Shown: in pieces, positions 49,553 to 59,460 of the stretch
Layout: every line of letters begins with the position of its first letter
Position numbering within the stretch: position 1 is the stretch's first letter
NCBI GenBank assembly: GCA_964641065.1
Contig: CAZXJZ010000005.1
Span: forward strand, 92 to 64,091
From: an uncultured Hyphomicrobiales bacterium
GTDB lineage: Bacteria > Pseudomonadota > Alphaproteobacteria > Rhizobiales > Xanthobacteraceae
Direction of reading: 5' to 3'
Length of the DNA: 64,000 bases
Position numbers and translations under genes: made by a program
Notes under the pieces: generated by a model
What the model was told of the DNA's origin: nothing
The model's database searches: none
What the model saw: the letters and a program-made list of their open reading frames with translations, nothing else

Positions 49553-50752
49553 TCAGCGTGCGATCCGCATCACCCGTCCGTCGAGGTCGGACGGATCGCG
49601 CGATCCAAGGAACGCCAGATTGCGGTGGACTTCGCTGCGCAGCAGATCGATCGCGCGGCGCACGCCGGCTTCCTGTCCGATTGCCGCAGCATAAAGAAAC
49701 GGCCGTCCGGCAAACACGAAAGCGGCGCCGAGTGCGAGCGCCTTGATCACGTCGCTGCCGCGGCGGATGCCGCTGTCCATCATCACTGTCATGCCCTGCG
49801 CCGCTTCGGCGATGCGGGGCAGCACGCGCAACGGCGCGGCTGCGCCATCGAGTTGCCGCCCGCCATGGTTCGAGACGATGACACCGTCGCAGCCAATCCG
49901 GCGCGCGGTCTCCGCATCCGGCGCAGACAGGATGCCCTTGATGATCAGCTTGCCGTGCCAGCGCTCGCGAATCCACTCGAGGTCTTGCCACGACAACGAG
50001 TCACGAAGATGCGCGCGCGTTGCCGCATTGGAGAACACTGCCATGCCGCGTTCGACGCTCGAATTCTCGTAATAGGGCATGCCGTGATGGCGCAATGTGC
50101 GCAGCGCCGTGCCGAACAGCCAGTGCGGATGGGCGATCCCATCGAGCGCGAGTTTCAGCGTCGGACGCAGCGGCGAGGTATAGCCGGCGCGCACCAGGTT
50201 TTCGCGATTGCCGCCGACCGGCACGTCGGCGGTGACGACCAGGTGGCGGTAGCCGGCGGCTGAGACGCGATCGATCAAGCAGCCAATGGCGCCACGATCG
50301 ACCGGCAGATAGGCCTGAAACCAGGCCTGCGGATTGGCTTTTGCGATCTCCTCCAGCCGCACCAGGGACGCGCCGCTCAGGATGAACGGGACATTCTCGG
50401 CCGCAGCAGCAGACGCCAGCGCAAGATCGGCGCGATACCCTGCCAGTCCCGATCCGCCCATCGGCGCGATGCCGAACGGCGCACTGAATGTCTCCCCGAA
50501 CAGCGTTGTCGCGGTGGTTCGCGCCGACACGTCGATCAGAACGCGGGGATGAAAGTCGTAGTCCTGGAACGCGGCGCGGTTCTCATGCCGTGAGGCGTTG
50601 GTCTCCACCGCGCCCGAGATGAAGCTGTAGATGCAATGCGGCAGATAGCGTTCTGCGGCAGGATCCAGATCCTCGAGCGACAGGATATCGCGCAGCCGCC
50701 GGTTCAGCGCAGGCGGCGCCGCCGCCGCGGGATTGCGAGTGACGTCACGCAT
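49553..50752 (-). CDS. FMN-dependent alpha-hydroxy-acid dehydrogenase/oxidase (LldD/MdlB family)
   Basis: PFGIAPMG, VTADVP, IIKGIL, VSNHGGRQLDG, DSGIRRGSDVIKALALGA. Confidence 0.95.
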   Translation of the reverse strand: MRDVTRNPAAAAPPALNRRLRDILSLEDLDPAAERYLPHCIYSFISGAVETNASRHENRAAFQDYDFHPRVLIDVSARTTATTLFGETFSAPFGIAPMGGSGLAGYRADLALASAAAAENVPFILSGASLVRLEEIAKANPQAWFQAYLPVDRGAIGCLIDRVSAAGYRHLVVTADVPVGGNRENLVRAGYTSPLRPTLKLALDGIAHPHWLFGTALRTLRHHGMPYYENSSVERGMAVFSNAATRAHLRDSLSWQDLEWIRERWHGKLIIKGILSAPDAETARRIGCDGVIVSNHGGRQLDGAAAPLRVLPRIAEAAQGMTVMMDSGIRRGSDVIKALALGAAFVFAGRPFLYAAAIGQEAGVRRAIDLLRSEVHRNLAFLGSRDPSDLDGRVMRIAR

Positions 50753-51785
50753 GCGCGAACACCTGCGCGAATCTCTCGCGGAAGCGCGGCAATGCCTCGG
50801 CGTTCAGCATGCGTTGCGGCTGGCCGCCGCGCAGGATGTCGATGAGCTGTTCGGCCGCCATCAAGGCGAGGCGCTGTCGCGCGGCATGAGTCACGCCGGC
50901 GGTGTGCGGGCTGGCGATCACATTGCGCAATGTCAGCAGCGGATGATCGGCGGGCGGCGGTTCCTGCTCCCAGACGTCGACGCCGGCGCCGGCAAGATGG
51001 CCGGATTTCAAGGCATCGTAGAGCGCCTTTTCGTCATGGATTCCGCCGCGCGCGGCGGTGACGAAGAACGCGCCCTTCTTCATCCGCGCGTATTCCGGCG
51101 CGCCGATCATGCGCGTGGTCTCGGCGGTGAGCGGGCAATGCAGCGACACAAAATCAGAGTGTTGCAGAAGCTCGTGCAGATCGACCTTGCGGACGCCGCG
51201 AGCGGTCATCACGTTCTCGCCGACATACGGATCATAGGCCAGCGCCGGCATGGCGAACAGGCCGCTGCACAATTCGGCGACCCGCGTTCCGGTATTGCCG
51301 AAGCCGACAATCCCCACGGTCTTGCCGTAGAGATCGTCGCCCATATAGGCGATGCGGTCGACCACCTCGCCGGATCGCAGCGCCTTGTCGACCTCACCGA
51401 TGCGCTTGGTCAGCGACAGCATCATGCCGAGCGTATGCTCGCCGACGGCTTCGCGGTTGCCGCCGGTCTGGTTGACCGCGATCACGCCGGCTTCGGTACA
51501 GGCGTCGACATCGATGGCGTCGAAGCCTGCGCCGCTCGCCGACACCACCAGCACATTCGGGCATCGCGACAGGAAGTCGCGTCCGACCCGCAGATGTTCG
51601 GGAATGTCGAGACGCGCCGAATCGATCTGGATCGCGTGCGACGCAGCAAGCGTTGCATGGAGAGCTTCAAACGGTTGCGACTTATCGATCCGGATCAGCG
51701 AGAGATCGGCGCAGGCTTCGATGCTGCGATCGAATCCCGGGTCGATATAGCCGCCGATATAGGAAATCTGTTTGCGCGCGCTCAT
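50745..51785 (-). CDS. D-isomer-specific 2-hydroxyacid dehydrogenase (SerA-like catalytic domain)
   Basis: GAGFDAIDVDA, GIVGFGNTG, SLHCPL, TAARGGI, DVWEQEP, SPHTAG. Confidence 0.93.
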   Translation of the reverse strand: MSARKQISYIGGYIDPGFDRSIEACADLSLIRIDKSQPFEALHATLAASHAIQIDSARLDIPEHLRVGRDFLSRCPNVLVVSASGAGFDAIDVDACTEAGVIAVNQTGGNREAVGEHTLGMMLSLTKRIGEVDKALRSGEVVDRIAYMGDDLYGKTVGIVGFGNTGTRVAELCSGLFAMPALAYDPYVGENVMTARGVRKVDLHELLQHSDFVSLHCPLTAETTRMIGAPEYARMKKGAFFVTAARGGIHDEKALYDALKSGHLAGAGVDVWEQEPPPADHPLLTLRNVIASPHTAGVTHAARQRLALMAAEQLIDILRGGQPQRMLNAEALPRFRERFAQVFAHA

Positions 51786-51927
51786 GGGACGACCTCGCTC
51801 GTGGGATTGTGTGTAGCAGGCGCCCGCATGGCGTCAATCGCGAGCCGCGTTGCAAGCCGCTTTGGCATTCGGCCCATTCATTGTATGCATCGCAGGTATC
51901 GCGATGGCTTCCGGGGGCGACCAGAGC

Positions 51928-52662
51928 ATGTCCAAGATCGTCGAGCGGACGCTGGATTTCATCGAACTGTTTGCGACCGAGCGGCGGCCGTTGTCGCTGT
52001 CCGACATTTCGCGGCTGCTCGGCATTCCGGCGTCGAGCTGCCACGATGTGCTGCGGGCGCTGCTGGCGCGCGGTTACATCTACGAGATTGGACCGCGCGC
52101 GGGCTTCTATCCGACGGTGCGGCTGCTGAATCTGTCAACGACCATCTCGCAGCACGATCCGATCCTGCTGCGCGCCGAATTGCTGCTGCGAAAGATACGC
52201 GACGCCATCGACGAGTCGGTGTCGCTGGCGAAGGCCGGCAAGACCAACGCGACCTATCTGCTGGTATTTGAACCCAGCCACCCGTTGCGCTTTATCGTCG
52301 ATGCCGGCGGCCAGGTGCGCAGCCTGCATGCGACCTCGGCCGGCAAGGCCTTTCTCGGCAGCCTCGGCCAAGAAGAATTCGAGGCCTGGCTGAAAGCCGC
52401 AAAGCTCGTTCCGATGACGGCGAAGACCATCCGCTCGAAGCAGGACTTGCGCGAGGATATCGAGGCGTCCCGACGCCGCGGCTATTTCCTCAATCAGGCG
52501 GAAAGCTTCGAGGACGCCACCACGGTGTCGTCGCTGTTCCGGTGGCAGGGCGCCGATTACATCGTGACCATTGCCGGGCCGACGTCACGCATGACGGGCA
52601 AATTCGATCAGGCGATCAAGCTCGTCACCGAAGCATGCAAAACGCTCGGGCAGGGCGGATAG
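51928..52662 (+). CDS. IclR-family transcriptional regulator
   Basis: N-terminal HTH (LSLSDISRLLGIPASSCHDVL), LHATSAGKAFL; ATG 51928. Confidence 0.93.
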   Translation: MSKIVERTLDFIELFATERRPLSLSDISRLLGIPASSCHDVLRALLARGYIYEIGPRAGFYPTVRLLNLSTTISQHDPILLRAELLLRKIRDAIDESVSLAKAGKTNATYLLVFEPSHPLRFIVDAGGQVRSLHATSAGKAFLGSLGQEEFEAWLKAAKLVPMTAKTIRSKQDLREDIEASRRRGYFLNQAESFEDATTVSSLFRWQGADYIVTIAGPTSRMTGKFDQAIKLVTEACKTLGQGG

Positions 52663-52690
52663 GGCGCCTTGGTGAAGCGACGCCGGTCGA

Positions 52691-52756
52691 TTGACTCCGG
52701 CGCCGCGCGGCCATAGAAATATTCGAAATAGCGATAGTTCTTTCGGTATAGCGAAA
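52691..52756 (+). promoter_or_regulatory. Promoter with tandem IclR-type operator palindromes
   Basis: TTGACT-N17-TAGAAA; ATTCG-aaatag-CGATA (52721-52736) and perfect TTTCG-gtatag-CGAAA (52741-52756) ending 1 nt before ATG 52758. Confidence 0.7.
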
Positions 52757-52757
52757 T

Positions 52758-54005
52758 ATGACGAAGCGGGTGGAAGCGTCCGGGGCGGCTGAAACGCGGG
52801 ACGCACGTGGCCCAAGGGGCCCATTGTCAGGCATCCGCGTCATCGATCTGACGACGGTCATCATGGGGCCGTCGGCGACGCAGATTCTCGGCGATCTCGG
52901 TGCCGACGTGATCAAGATCGAGTCCGCTGGCGGCGATTCCCTGCGCTGGATCGGTCCGAACCGCACCGACGGCATGGGGCCGCTCTACCTCAATGCCAAC
53001 CGCAACAAGCGCAGCGTCGTTCTCGATCTGAAGGATGCCGAGGATCGCGGGGCGCTGCTGTCGCTTGTGTCCGATGCCGACGTGTTCGTCTCCAACGTGC
53101 GGCCGCAGGCGATGGCGCGGCTCGGGCTTGGTTACGGCGAGGTCCGGGCTGTGAATCCCGAGATCGTGTACTGCCTCGCGGTCGGATACGGCTCCGATGG
53201 ACCGAAATCCGGCCAGGCCGTGTATGACGATCTTACCCAGGCGGGCGCGGGCGTCGCCGGATTGTTCGGCGCAATCGATGGCACGCCACGCTACACGCCG
53301 GTGAATATGTGCGACCGCGTGGTCGGCCTCTATGTCGCGATCTCCATCATTGCGGCCTTGCATCATCGTGCCGTGACGGGCGAAGGGCAGGAAATCGAAG
53401 TGCCGATGCTGGAGACCATGGCGCAATTCGTGCTCGCCGATCACATGGGCGGAGGCGCGTTCGTTCCGCCACTCGACACGATGGGCTACAAGCGCCTGAT
53501 GTCACGCGTGCGCGGGCCTTATCCGACCAAGGACAGCCATCTTTCGCTCGTGGTCTATACCGACAAGCATTGGCGCGCATTTTCGGCGATGGTCGGCAAG
53601 CCCGATCTGCTCGATACCGATCCAAGGTTCAGGACGCAGGAAACCCGCACCCGGCATTCCGAGGATATGGGGCATTTCCTGAAAGAGCATTTGCCGCAAA
53701 AGACCACAGCCGAGTGGATCGCAGCGTTGCACTTAGCCGACATACCGGCGCATGCGGTGAACCGGCTGGAAGATCTGTTCGACGATCCGCACCTCAAAGC
53801 GGTGGAGATGTTCCCCGAGATGGAGCATCCGACGGAAGGCAGGGTCAAGGTTTCGCGCTTCCCGGTGAAATTTTCGAAGACGCCGGCCCGGATCCGCTGT
53901 CTCGCGCCGAATCTCGGCGAGCACACCGACGCAATCCTGCCCGAGCGGGCGAAGAAGCGCGCCGCCATATCAAAATCAAAGCCGAAAACCAGCACCGGGA
54001 GCTGA
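52758..54005 (+). CDS. Family III CoA transferase (CaiB/BaiF)
   Basis: PLSGIRVIDL, LGDLGADVIKIE, NRNKRSVVLDLK, DVFVSNVRP, APNLGEHT. Confidence 0.95.
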   Translation: MTKRVEASGAAETRDARGPRGPLSGIRVIDLTTVIMGPSATQILGDLGADVIKIESAGGDSLRWIGPNRTDGMGPLYLNANRNKRSVVLDLKDAEDRGALLSLVSDADVFVSNVRPQAMARLGLGYGEVRAVNPEIVYCLAVGYGSDGPKSGQAVYDDLTQAGAGVAGLFGAIDGTPRYTPVNMCDRVVGLYVAISIIAALHHRAVTGEGQEIEVPMLETMAQFVLADHMGGGAFVPPLDTMGYKRLMSRVRGPYPTKDSHLSLVVYTDKHWRAFSAMVGKPDLLDTDPRFRTQETRTRHSEDMGHFLKEHLPQKTTAEWIAALHLADIPAHAVNRLEDLFDDPHLKAVEMFPEMEHPTEGRVKVSRFPVKFSKTPARIRCLAPNLGEHTDAILPERAKKRAAISKSKPKTSTGS

Positions 54006-54010
54006 CGCAA

Positions 54011-55189
54011 GTGAAGACCTTCGACGCGCTGTGCAACACGCCGGAACGGCGCGAAATCCGTGACGCCGTTCGCGCGATCTGCGACCGCTTCAATGACGAT
54101 TACTGGCTCGAAAAAGACAAGGCGCACGCCTTTCCGTTCGAATTCGCCAAGGCGATGGCCGATGGCGGATGGCTCGGCATTGCGATGCCGGAGGAATATG
54201 GCGGCGCGGGACTTGGCGTCACCGAAGCCGCGATCATGATGCAGGAGGTGGCGCATTCGGCCGGCGCGTTCGCCGCCTGCTCGACCGTGCACATCAACAT
54301 TTTCGGCCTGCATTCCATCGTCAAGCACGGCACCGACGCGCAGAAGAAGGCGTGGCTGCCCTCGATCATCGATGGGTCGTCGCGCACCTGTTTCGGCGTC
54401 ACCGAGCCGGATGCCGGCCTCGATACGTCGAAGATCAAGACCCGTGCCGTGCTGAAGGGCGACCATTATGTCGTCAACGGCCAGAAAATCTGGACCTCGA
54501 CCGCGCAGCAGGCCGACAAGATCGTGCTGCTGGCGCGCACCATCCCGATCGAGGAGTGCAAGAAGCCGACCGACGGATTGACGCTGTTCTATACCGACTT
54601 CGACCGCTCGAAGATCGAGGTGCGCGAAATCCTGAAAATGGGCCGGCACGCGGTCAATTCGAACCAGACCTTCTACGACAACCTCGAAGTGCCGGTGGAG
54701 CATCGCATCGGCGAGGACGGCAAGGGCTTCCGCTACATCCTCGACAGCCTCAATCCCGAGCGCATCCTGAACGCCGCCGAGTGCGTCGGCATCGGCCGGC
54801 GCTGCCTTGAGCGTGCGGTGAACTATGCCGGACAGCGCGTGGTGTTCGGACGGCCGATCGGCCAGAATCAGTCGATCCAGCATCCGCTGGCCGAGAACTG
54901 GACGGAATTGCTGGCCGCCGAGTTGCTCACGCTTCGCGCGGCGGAACTGTATGACAGCGGACAGCCATGCGGTGCGGAAGCGAACGCGGCGAAATACTTC
55001 GCCGGCGATGCGGCCTTCAAGGCCGCCGACCAGGCGGTGCGTACGCATGGCGGCATGGGCTATGCTGCGGAATTCCACGTCGAGCGCTATTTTCGCGAAG
55101 CGGTGGTGATGCGGCTTGCGCCGGTGTCGCGCGAGATGGTGCTCAACTTCCTGGCCGAGCGCGAACTCGGCCTGCCGAAGTCGTACTGA
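54011..55189 (+). CDS. Acyl-CoA dehydrogenase
   Basis: [45 protein letters not shown]; GTG start 54011. Confidence 0.95.
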   Translation: MKTFDALCNTPERREIRDAVRAICDRFNDDYWLEKDKAHAFPFEFAKAMADGGWLGIAMPEEYGGAGLGVTEAAIMMQEVAHSAGAFAACSTVHINIFGLHSIVKHGTDAQKKAWLPSIIDGSSRTCFGVTEPDAGLDTSKIKTRAVLKGDHYVVNGQKIWTSTAQQADKIVLLARTIPIEECKKPTDGLTLFYTDFDRSKIEVREILKMGRHAVNSNQTFYDNLEVPVEHRIGEDGKGFRYILDSLNPERILNAAECVGIGRRCLERAVNYAGQRVVFGRPIGQNQSIQHPLAENWTELLAAELLTLRAAELYDSGQPCGAEANAAKYFAGDAAFKAADQAVRTHGGMGYAAEFHVERYFREAVVMRLAPVSREMVLNFLAERELGLPKSY

Positions 55190-55209
55190 CAGACCGCGTG
55201 GGGCAAGAC

Positions 55210-57015
55210 ATGGCCGAAAAGGTCATCAATATCGGCGGCGCGTCGGGGGCCTGGGGCGACAGCCCGATGGCGATCCCGCAATTGCTGACCGCGGATGTCC
55301 ATTACCTGATGATGGATTATCTCGCCGAAGTGACGATGTCGCTTCTGGCCCGTGCGCGCATGAAGGATCCCAATGCGGGCTTCCCGTCGGATTTCGTGGC
55401 CTATCTCAAACGCTCGCTGCCGGAGATCGCGAAGCGCAAGATCAAGGTCGTCAGCAATGGCGGCGCCGTCAATCCGCAAGGCGCCAAGCGCGCACTGGAC
55501 GCCGCCTGTGCAGAACTCGGACTGTCGCTGAAGATTGCGGTGGTCGAAGGCGACGATGTGATGCCGCGCATCGACGCGCTGCGTGCAACAACGCGCGAGG
55601 CCGCGACCGGAGAGGCGCTGCCGCCGAAATTGCTCACCGCCAACGCCTATCTCGGCGCGCTGCCGATCGCCGCTGCCCTCGATCGCGGCGCCGACATCGT
55701 CATCACCGGCCGTTGCGCGGATTCGGCGCTGGCGCTCGGCATCCTGATGCATGAATTCGGCTGGAAAGCCGACGATTACGACAAGCTCGCTGCCGGCAGT
55801 CTCGTCGGGCACATCCTGGAATGCGGCCCGCAATCGACCGGCGGCGTGCACACCGACTGGGACAAGGTGCCAGGCTGGGAGAATATCGGTTATCCGATCG
55901 CCTCCTGCAAAATCGACGGCAGCTTCACGCTGTGGAAGCCCGACAATACCGGTGGGCTGATCGTGCCGGCCTCCGTAGCCGAGCAGGTGCTGTACGAAGT
56001 CGGCGATCCGGCCGCTTACATGCTGCCGGACGTTGTCGCCGATTTCACGCAGGTCACCCTCGAACAGGTGGGTGAGAACCGCGTGCGCATCTCGGGCGCG
56101 AAGGGTTATCCGCCGACATCGCAATACAAGGTCTCGGCCACCTGGCAGGATGGCTGGCGCGGCGTGGCCACGGTCTCCATCGTTGGACCGGATGCGGTCG
56201 CGAAGGCCGAGCGCACAGCGGAAGCACTGCTGGCGCGTGCGCGCATGCTGTTCCGCCAGCGTCAGCTTCCCGATTTCACGGCAACGCACACCGAAGTGCT
56301 GGGCTCGGAATCCGCCTACGGGCCAAAAGCAAACGCGCGCGGCGTGCGCGAAGTGCTGTTGCGTCTGGTGGTCGACCATGCCGACCGCGAAGCGATCGAT
56401 ATTTTCGCGCGCGAACTCGGCTCCGTCGGCATCAGCTTCGCGCAGGGCACGACCGGCATTTTGTCCGGGCGGCCTAAGCCGACGCCGGTCGTGCGTTTGT
56501 TCACGTTCTTTGTCGACAAGTCGGTGCTTGGATCGCCGAAGGTCCAGATCGGCGACGGCGAGCCGTTCGATGTGGATGTTCCTGCGCAAGGCGGCTATGC
56601 CGCGCCAGCGGGCGCGACGCTTGCTGCGGAGTCAAGCGAGCAAAACGATGGTGAATCCGAAGTCGCCTTGCGCTCGCTCGCGGTGGCGCGCTCCGGCGAC
56701 AAGGGCAATTCATCCAACATCGCCATCATCGCACGCGATCCGAAATACGTGTCGCTGATCCGCCGTGAGGTGACGCCCGAGAAAATGGCGGCCCATTTCG
56801 AGGGCCTCGTCCATGGCAAGGTCACACGATACGAAGCGCCGGGCCTGCATGCTTTCAACTTCCTGCTCGAAGACGCGCTCGGAGGCGGCGGCATGGCCTC
56901 GCGGCGCATCGATTCGCAGGGCAAGGCCTTCGGTCAGATGGCGCTGGAAATGAAGATCAAGGCGCCGCGCGCATTGGCACAGGAACTCCAACGCGCGGAC
57001 TCCACGACAGCGTGA
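55210..57015 (+). CDS. AtuA / DUF1446 acyclic-terpene-utilisation family protein
   Basis: IGGASGAWGDS, DYLAEVTM, GADIVITGR..DSAL, GHILECG, C-terminal ARSGDKG..SN..IIAR and DSQGKAFGQ. Confidence 0.9.
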   Translation: MAEKVINIGGASGAWGDSPMAIPQLLTADVHYLMMDYLAEVTMSLLARARMKDPNAGFPSDFVAYLKRSLPEIAKRKIKVVSNGGAVNPQGAKRALDAACAELGLSLKIAVVEGDDVMPRIDALRATTREAATGEALPPKLLTANAYLGALPIAAALDRGADIVITGRCADSALALGILMHEFGWKADDYDKLAAGSLVGHILECGPQSTGGVHTDWDKVPGWENIGYPIASCKIDGSFTLWKPDNTGGLIVPASVAEQVLYEVGDPAAYMLPDVVADFTQVTLEQVGENRVRISGAKGYPPTSQYKVSATWQDGWRGVATVSIVGPDAVAKAERTAEALLARARMLFRQRQLPDFTATHTEVLGSESAYGPKANARGVREVLLRLVVDHADREAIDIFARELGSVGISFAQGTTGILSGRPKPTPVVRLFTFFVDKSVLGSPKVQIGDGEPFDVDVPAQGGYAAPAGATLAAESSEQNDGESEVALRSLAVARSGDKGNSSNIAIIARDPKYVSLIRREVTPEKMAAHFEGLVHGKVTRYEAPGLHAFNFLLEDALGGGGMASRRIDSQGKAFGQMALEMKIKAPRALAQELQRADSTTA

Positions 57016-57998
57016 GGAGTGATCTGATGAAACGATTCGTCGCCCTGCTGATCTCGCTTGGCGTGGCTTGTGCCGCTGCCGCCTCCCCGGTCAATGCGCA
57101 AAGCTACCCCACGCGCCCGATTACGATCATCGTGCCGTTTCCGGCCGGTGCGCTATCGGATGCCGCCGCGCGGATCCTTCAGCCGAAACTCGCCGAGGCG
57201 CTCGGCCAGCCGGTGGTGATCGAGAACCGGGGCGGCGCCGGCGGCGTGACCGGCACGGCGGCAGTCGCCCGCGCGCAGCCGGATGGATACACGCTGCTCG
57301 TCAGCGTCAACGCTCCCGTCGTCATGGGGCCCGCGCTGCAGAAGAGCTATCCGTTCGATCCGTCGAATGGATTGGCCGGGGTGTCGTTGCTGACCGAGAC
57401 CTACCTTGCGCTGGTCGTTCGCAGCGACTCGCCGATCAAGTCCGTGGCGGATGTGATCAAGCTTGCCAAGGAGAAGCCCGGTCAGCTTACATTTGGTAGC
57501 GCCGGTGTTGGCTCCGCGCACCAGATTGCAGGCGCGCTGCTCAACGCCAAGGCTGGCATCAATGTAAATCACGTCCCGTTTCAGGGTGGCGCACCGGCCG
57601 TGCAAAATCTCGCCGGCGGCCATATCGACATGAGCTTTGCCACGCTGCCGTCGGTGATGCCGCTTGTGACCGGCGGGCAGCTTCGTCTCGTGGCTCTGGC
57701 GGAGCCGAAGCGCTATCCGGGTCTGCCCGACCTGCCGACGATCAGCGAGACCATTGCGGGTGTAGAGACAACCTCGTGGGTCGGGATGCTCGCACCCGCA
57801 GGAACCCCGATGGACATCCGGGAGCGTCTGGCGAAGATCGTGGCCGACGCGATGGCGATGCCGGACGTGCGAGAGAAGATGCTTGCGCTCGGCATGACAC
57901 CTGTTCCCATGGGGCCGGTGGCGTTCGACCGGCTGATCGCGGACGATCTGAAGTTCTGGCGCGGAGCGGTCGAGACCGCGAAGATCAAAAAGCAATAG
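57012..57998 (+). CDS. Tripartite tricarboxylate transporter substrate-binding protein (TctC/Bug)
   Basis: YPTRPITIIVPFPAG, ENRGGAGG, PDGYTLL, HVPFQGGAPA; start GTG 57012 or ATG 57027. Confidence 0.95.
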   Translation: MRSDLMKRFVALLISLGVACAAAASPVNAQSYPTRPITIIVPFPAGALSDAAARILQPKLAEALGQPVVIENRGGAGGVTGTAAVARAQPDGYTLLVSVNAPVVMGPALQKSYPFDPSNGLAGVSLLTETYLALVVRSDSPIKSVADVIKLAKEKPGQLTFGSAGVGSAHQIAGALLNAKAGINVNHVPFQGGAPAVQNLAGGHIDMSFATLPSVMPLVTGGQLRLVALAEPKRYPGLPDLPTISETIAGVETTSWVGMLAPAGTPMDIRERLAKIVADAMAMPDVREKMLALGMTPVPMGPVAFDRLIADDLKFWRGAVETAKIKKQ

Positions 57999-58005
57999 GT
58001 GAGCC

Positions 58006-59037
58006 GTGCGCATCTGCATTTTCGGAGCCGGGGCCAGCGGCGGGCATTTCGCGGTGCGCCTTGCGCGCGCGGGCCACGACGTCTCGGTGATCGCGCGAGG
58101 GCCGCATCTGGCGGCGATCCGCGAGCGCGGCCTGCAACTCAAGACCGGCGCTGATCTTCTGGCGGCAGAGGTTGCCGCCACGGACACGCCGCGCGATCTC
58201 GGTCCGCAGGATCTGGTGATTGTCGCCACCAAGGCGACGGCGTTGGCGGCGATCGCTCCGCATATCGCGCCGCTGGTCGGCAAGGACACGCTGGTGCTGT
58301 TTCCGCAAAACGGCATGACCTGGTGGTACCCGGTCGGGCTGCCGTCGCAGCATCCGCAGCCGCCGGGGCTTCCCGTCTTCGAACTGGCGAAGCCGTTTCT
58401 TGCGGCGATGCGCATGGATCAGGTGCTCGGCGGCATCATCTATTCGGCCAACGAAGTCGAGTCACCGGGCGTCATCAAGAACAATTCGCCCACGCATAAC
58501 CGGCTGGAACTGGCTTCGATTGCCGACAATGCCGCGCCAGGACGCGCGGATGCACCCGGGCGGCTCGCCGAAGTCCGCGAAGCGCTCCAGCAGGCCGGCA
58601 TCCTGTCGCCCGATCCCGGCGACATCCGCGTTGCGGTCTGGACCAAGCTCGTCAACAACATGAGCGGATCGACCATCGGCCTGGCGACCGCGAGCCCGTC
58701 CGATGGTGCGCGCAAGGATCCGGCGCTGGCTGAAATCTACTGCCGCGTGATGCGCGAAGGTCTCAGCATTTCCGCCGCGCATGGCTATGCCCTCGATATA
58801 GAACCGAAACGTATGCTGGCGCGGCTGCTCGACCACAAGGCGTCGATCCTGCAGGACTACGAGCAGCATCGTCCGATGGAGATTGCCGAGATCGTGCTGG
58901 CGCCGGTTGCGTTCGCGCGCGCGGCGAATATCGCAACGCCGACGCTCGACACGGTGGCCGCGATCGTGACCAAGCTGGCACGGGATCGCGGCCTGCTGCC
59001 GGCGGAGATTGACGGGCCGTCATTGACGAGGTCTTGA
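58006..59037 (+). CDS. Ketopantoate reductase (PanE/ApbA)-family oxidoreductase
   Basis: FGAGASGG, ARGPHLAAI, QNGMTWWY, WTKLVNN, KASILQD. Confidence 0.88.
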   Translation: MRICIFGAGASGGHFAVRLARAGHDVSVIARGPHLAAIRERGLQLKTGADLLAAEVAATDTPRDLGPQDLVIVATKATALAAIAPHIAPLVGKDTLVLFPQNGMTWWYPVGLPSQHPQPPGLPVFELAKPFLAAMRMDQVLGGIIYSANEVESPGVIKNNSPTHNRLELASIADNAAPGRADAPGRLAEVREALQQAGILSPDPGDIRVAVWTKLVNNMSGSTIGLATASPSDGARKDPALAEIYCRVMREGLSISAAHGYALDIEPKRMLARLLDHKASILQDYEQHRPMEIAEIVLAPVAFARAANIATPTLDTVAAIVTKLARDRGLLPAEIDGPSLTRS

Positions 59038-59055
59038 ACAGGATCAGGTGACGCC

Positions 59056-59442
59056 ATGTCGCAGCGTTCGAAATACATCATTCGGTCCGAAGAGATCGAA
59101 GCCTATTCACCGGCCAATCACACCGGCACCCGCAACAAGCGGCTGATCGGACCGCGCGTCAATGGCGCGCGGCATCTCGAAATCGTGCTGGGCGAGATCG
59201 AACGCAACGAAGGCGCGATTGCGCATATGCATCCCGATCTCGAACAGGCGGTTTATGTGCTTGAGGGCGAGGCGGTGGTGCGGATCGACGACGTCCCGCA
59301 TGACATCAGGGCCGGCGATCTCGTGTACTTTCCGGCAAAGGTGTTTCACGACATCAAGGTCACCAGCCCGGTGATCCGGATGCTGGTGATCTACGGGCCG
59401 CCCTATGACGAGCAGCCGCATCAGGTGGTGCGGAAGGAATGA
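59056..59442 (+). CDS. Cupin-domain protein
   Basis: HMHPDLEQAVYVLEGE and GDLVYFPAKVFH cupin motifs. Confidence 0.9.
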   Translation: MSQRSKYIIRSEEIEAYSPANHTGTRNKRLIGPRVNGARHLEIVLGEIERNEGAIAHMHPDLEQAVYVLEGEAVVRIDDVPHDIRAGDLVYFPAKVFHDIKVTSPVIRMLVIYGPPYDEQPHQVVRKE

Positions 59443-59460
59443 CGCGGGCCGCGGCGCGGC

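Noticed and set aside
53309-55189. 626-aa ORF suggesting a fused acyl-CoA dehydrogenase (similarly N-terminal extensions at 54967, 27944, 37394, 13637-14665)
   Set aside because: The extensions overlap the preceding gene in another frame. Downstream starts give normal-length proteins.
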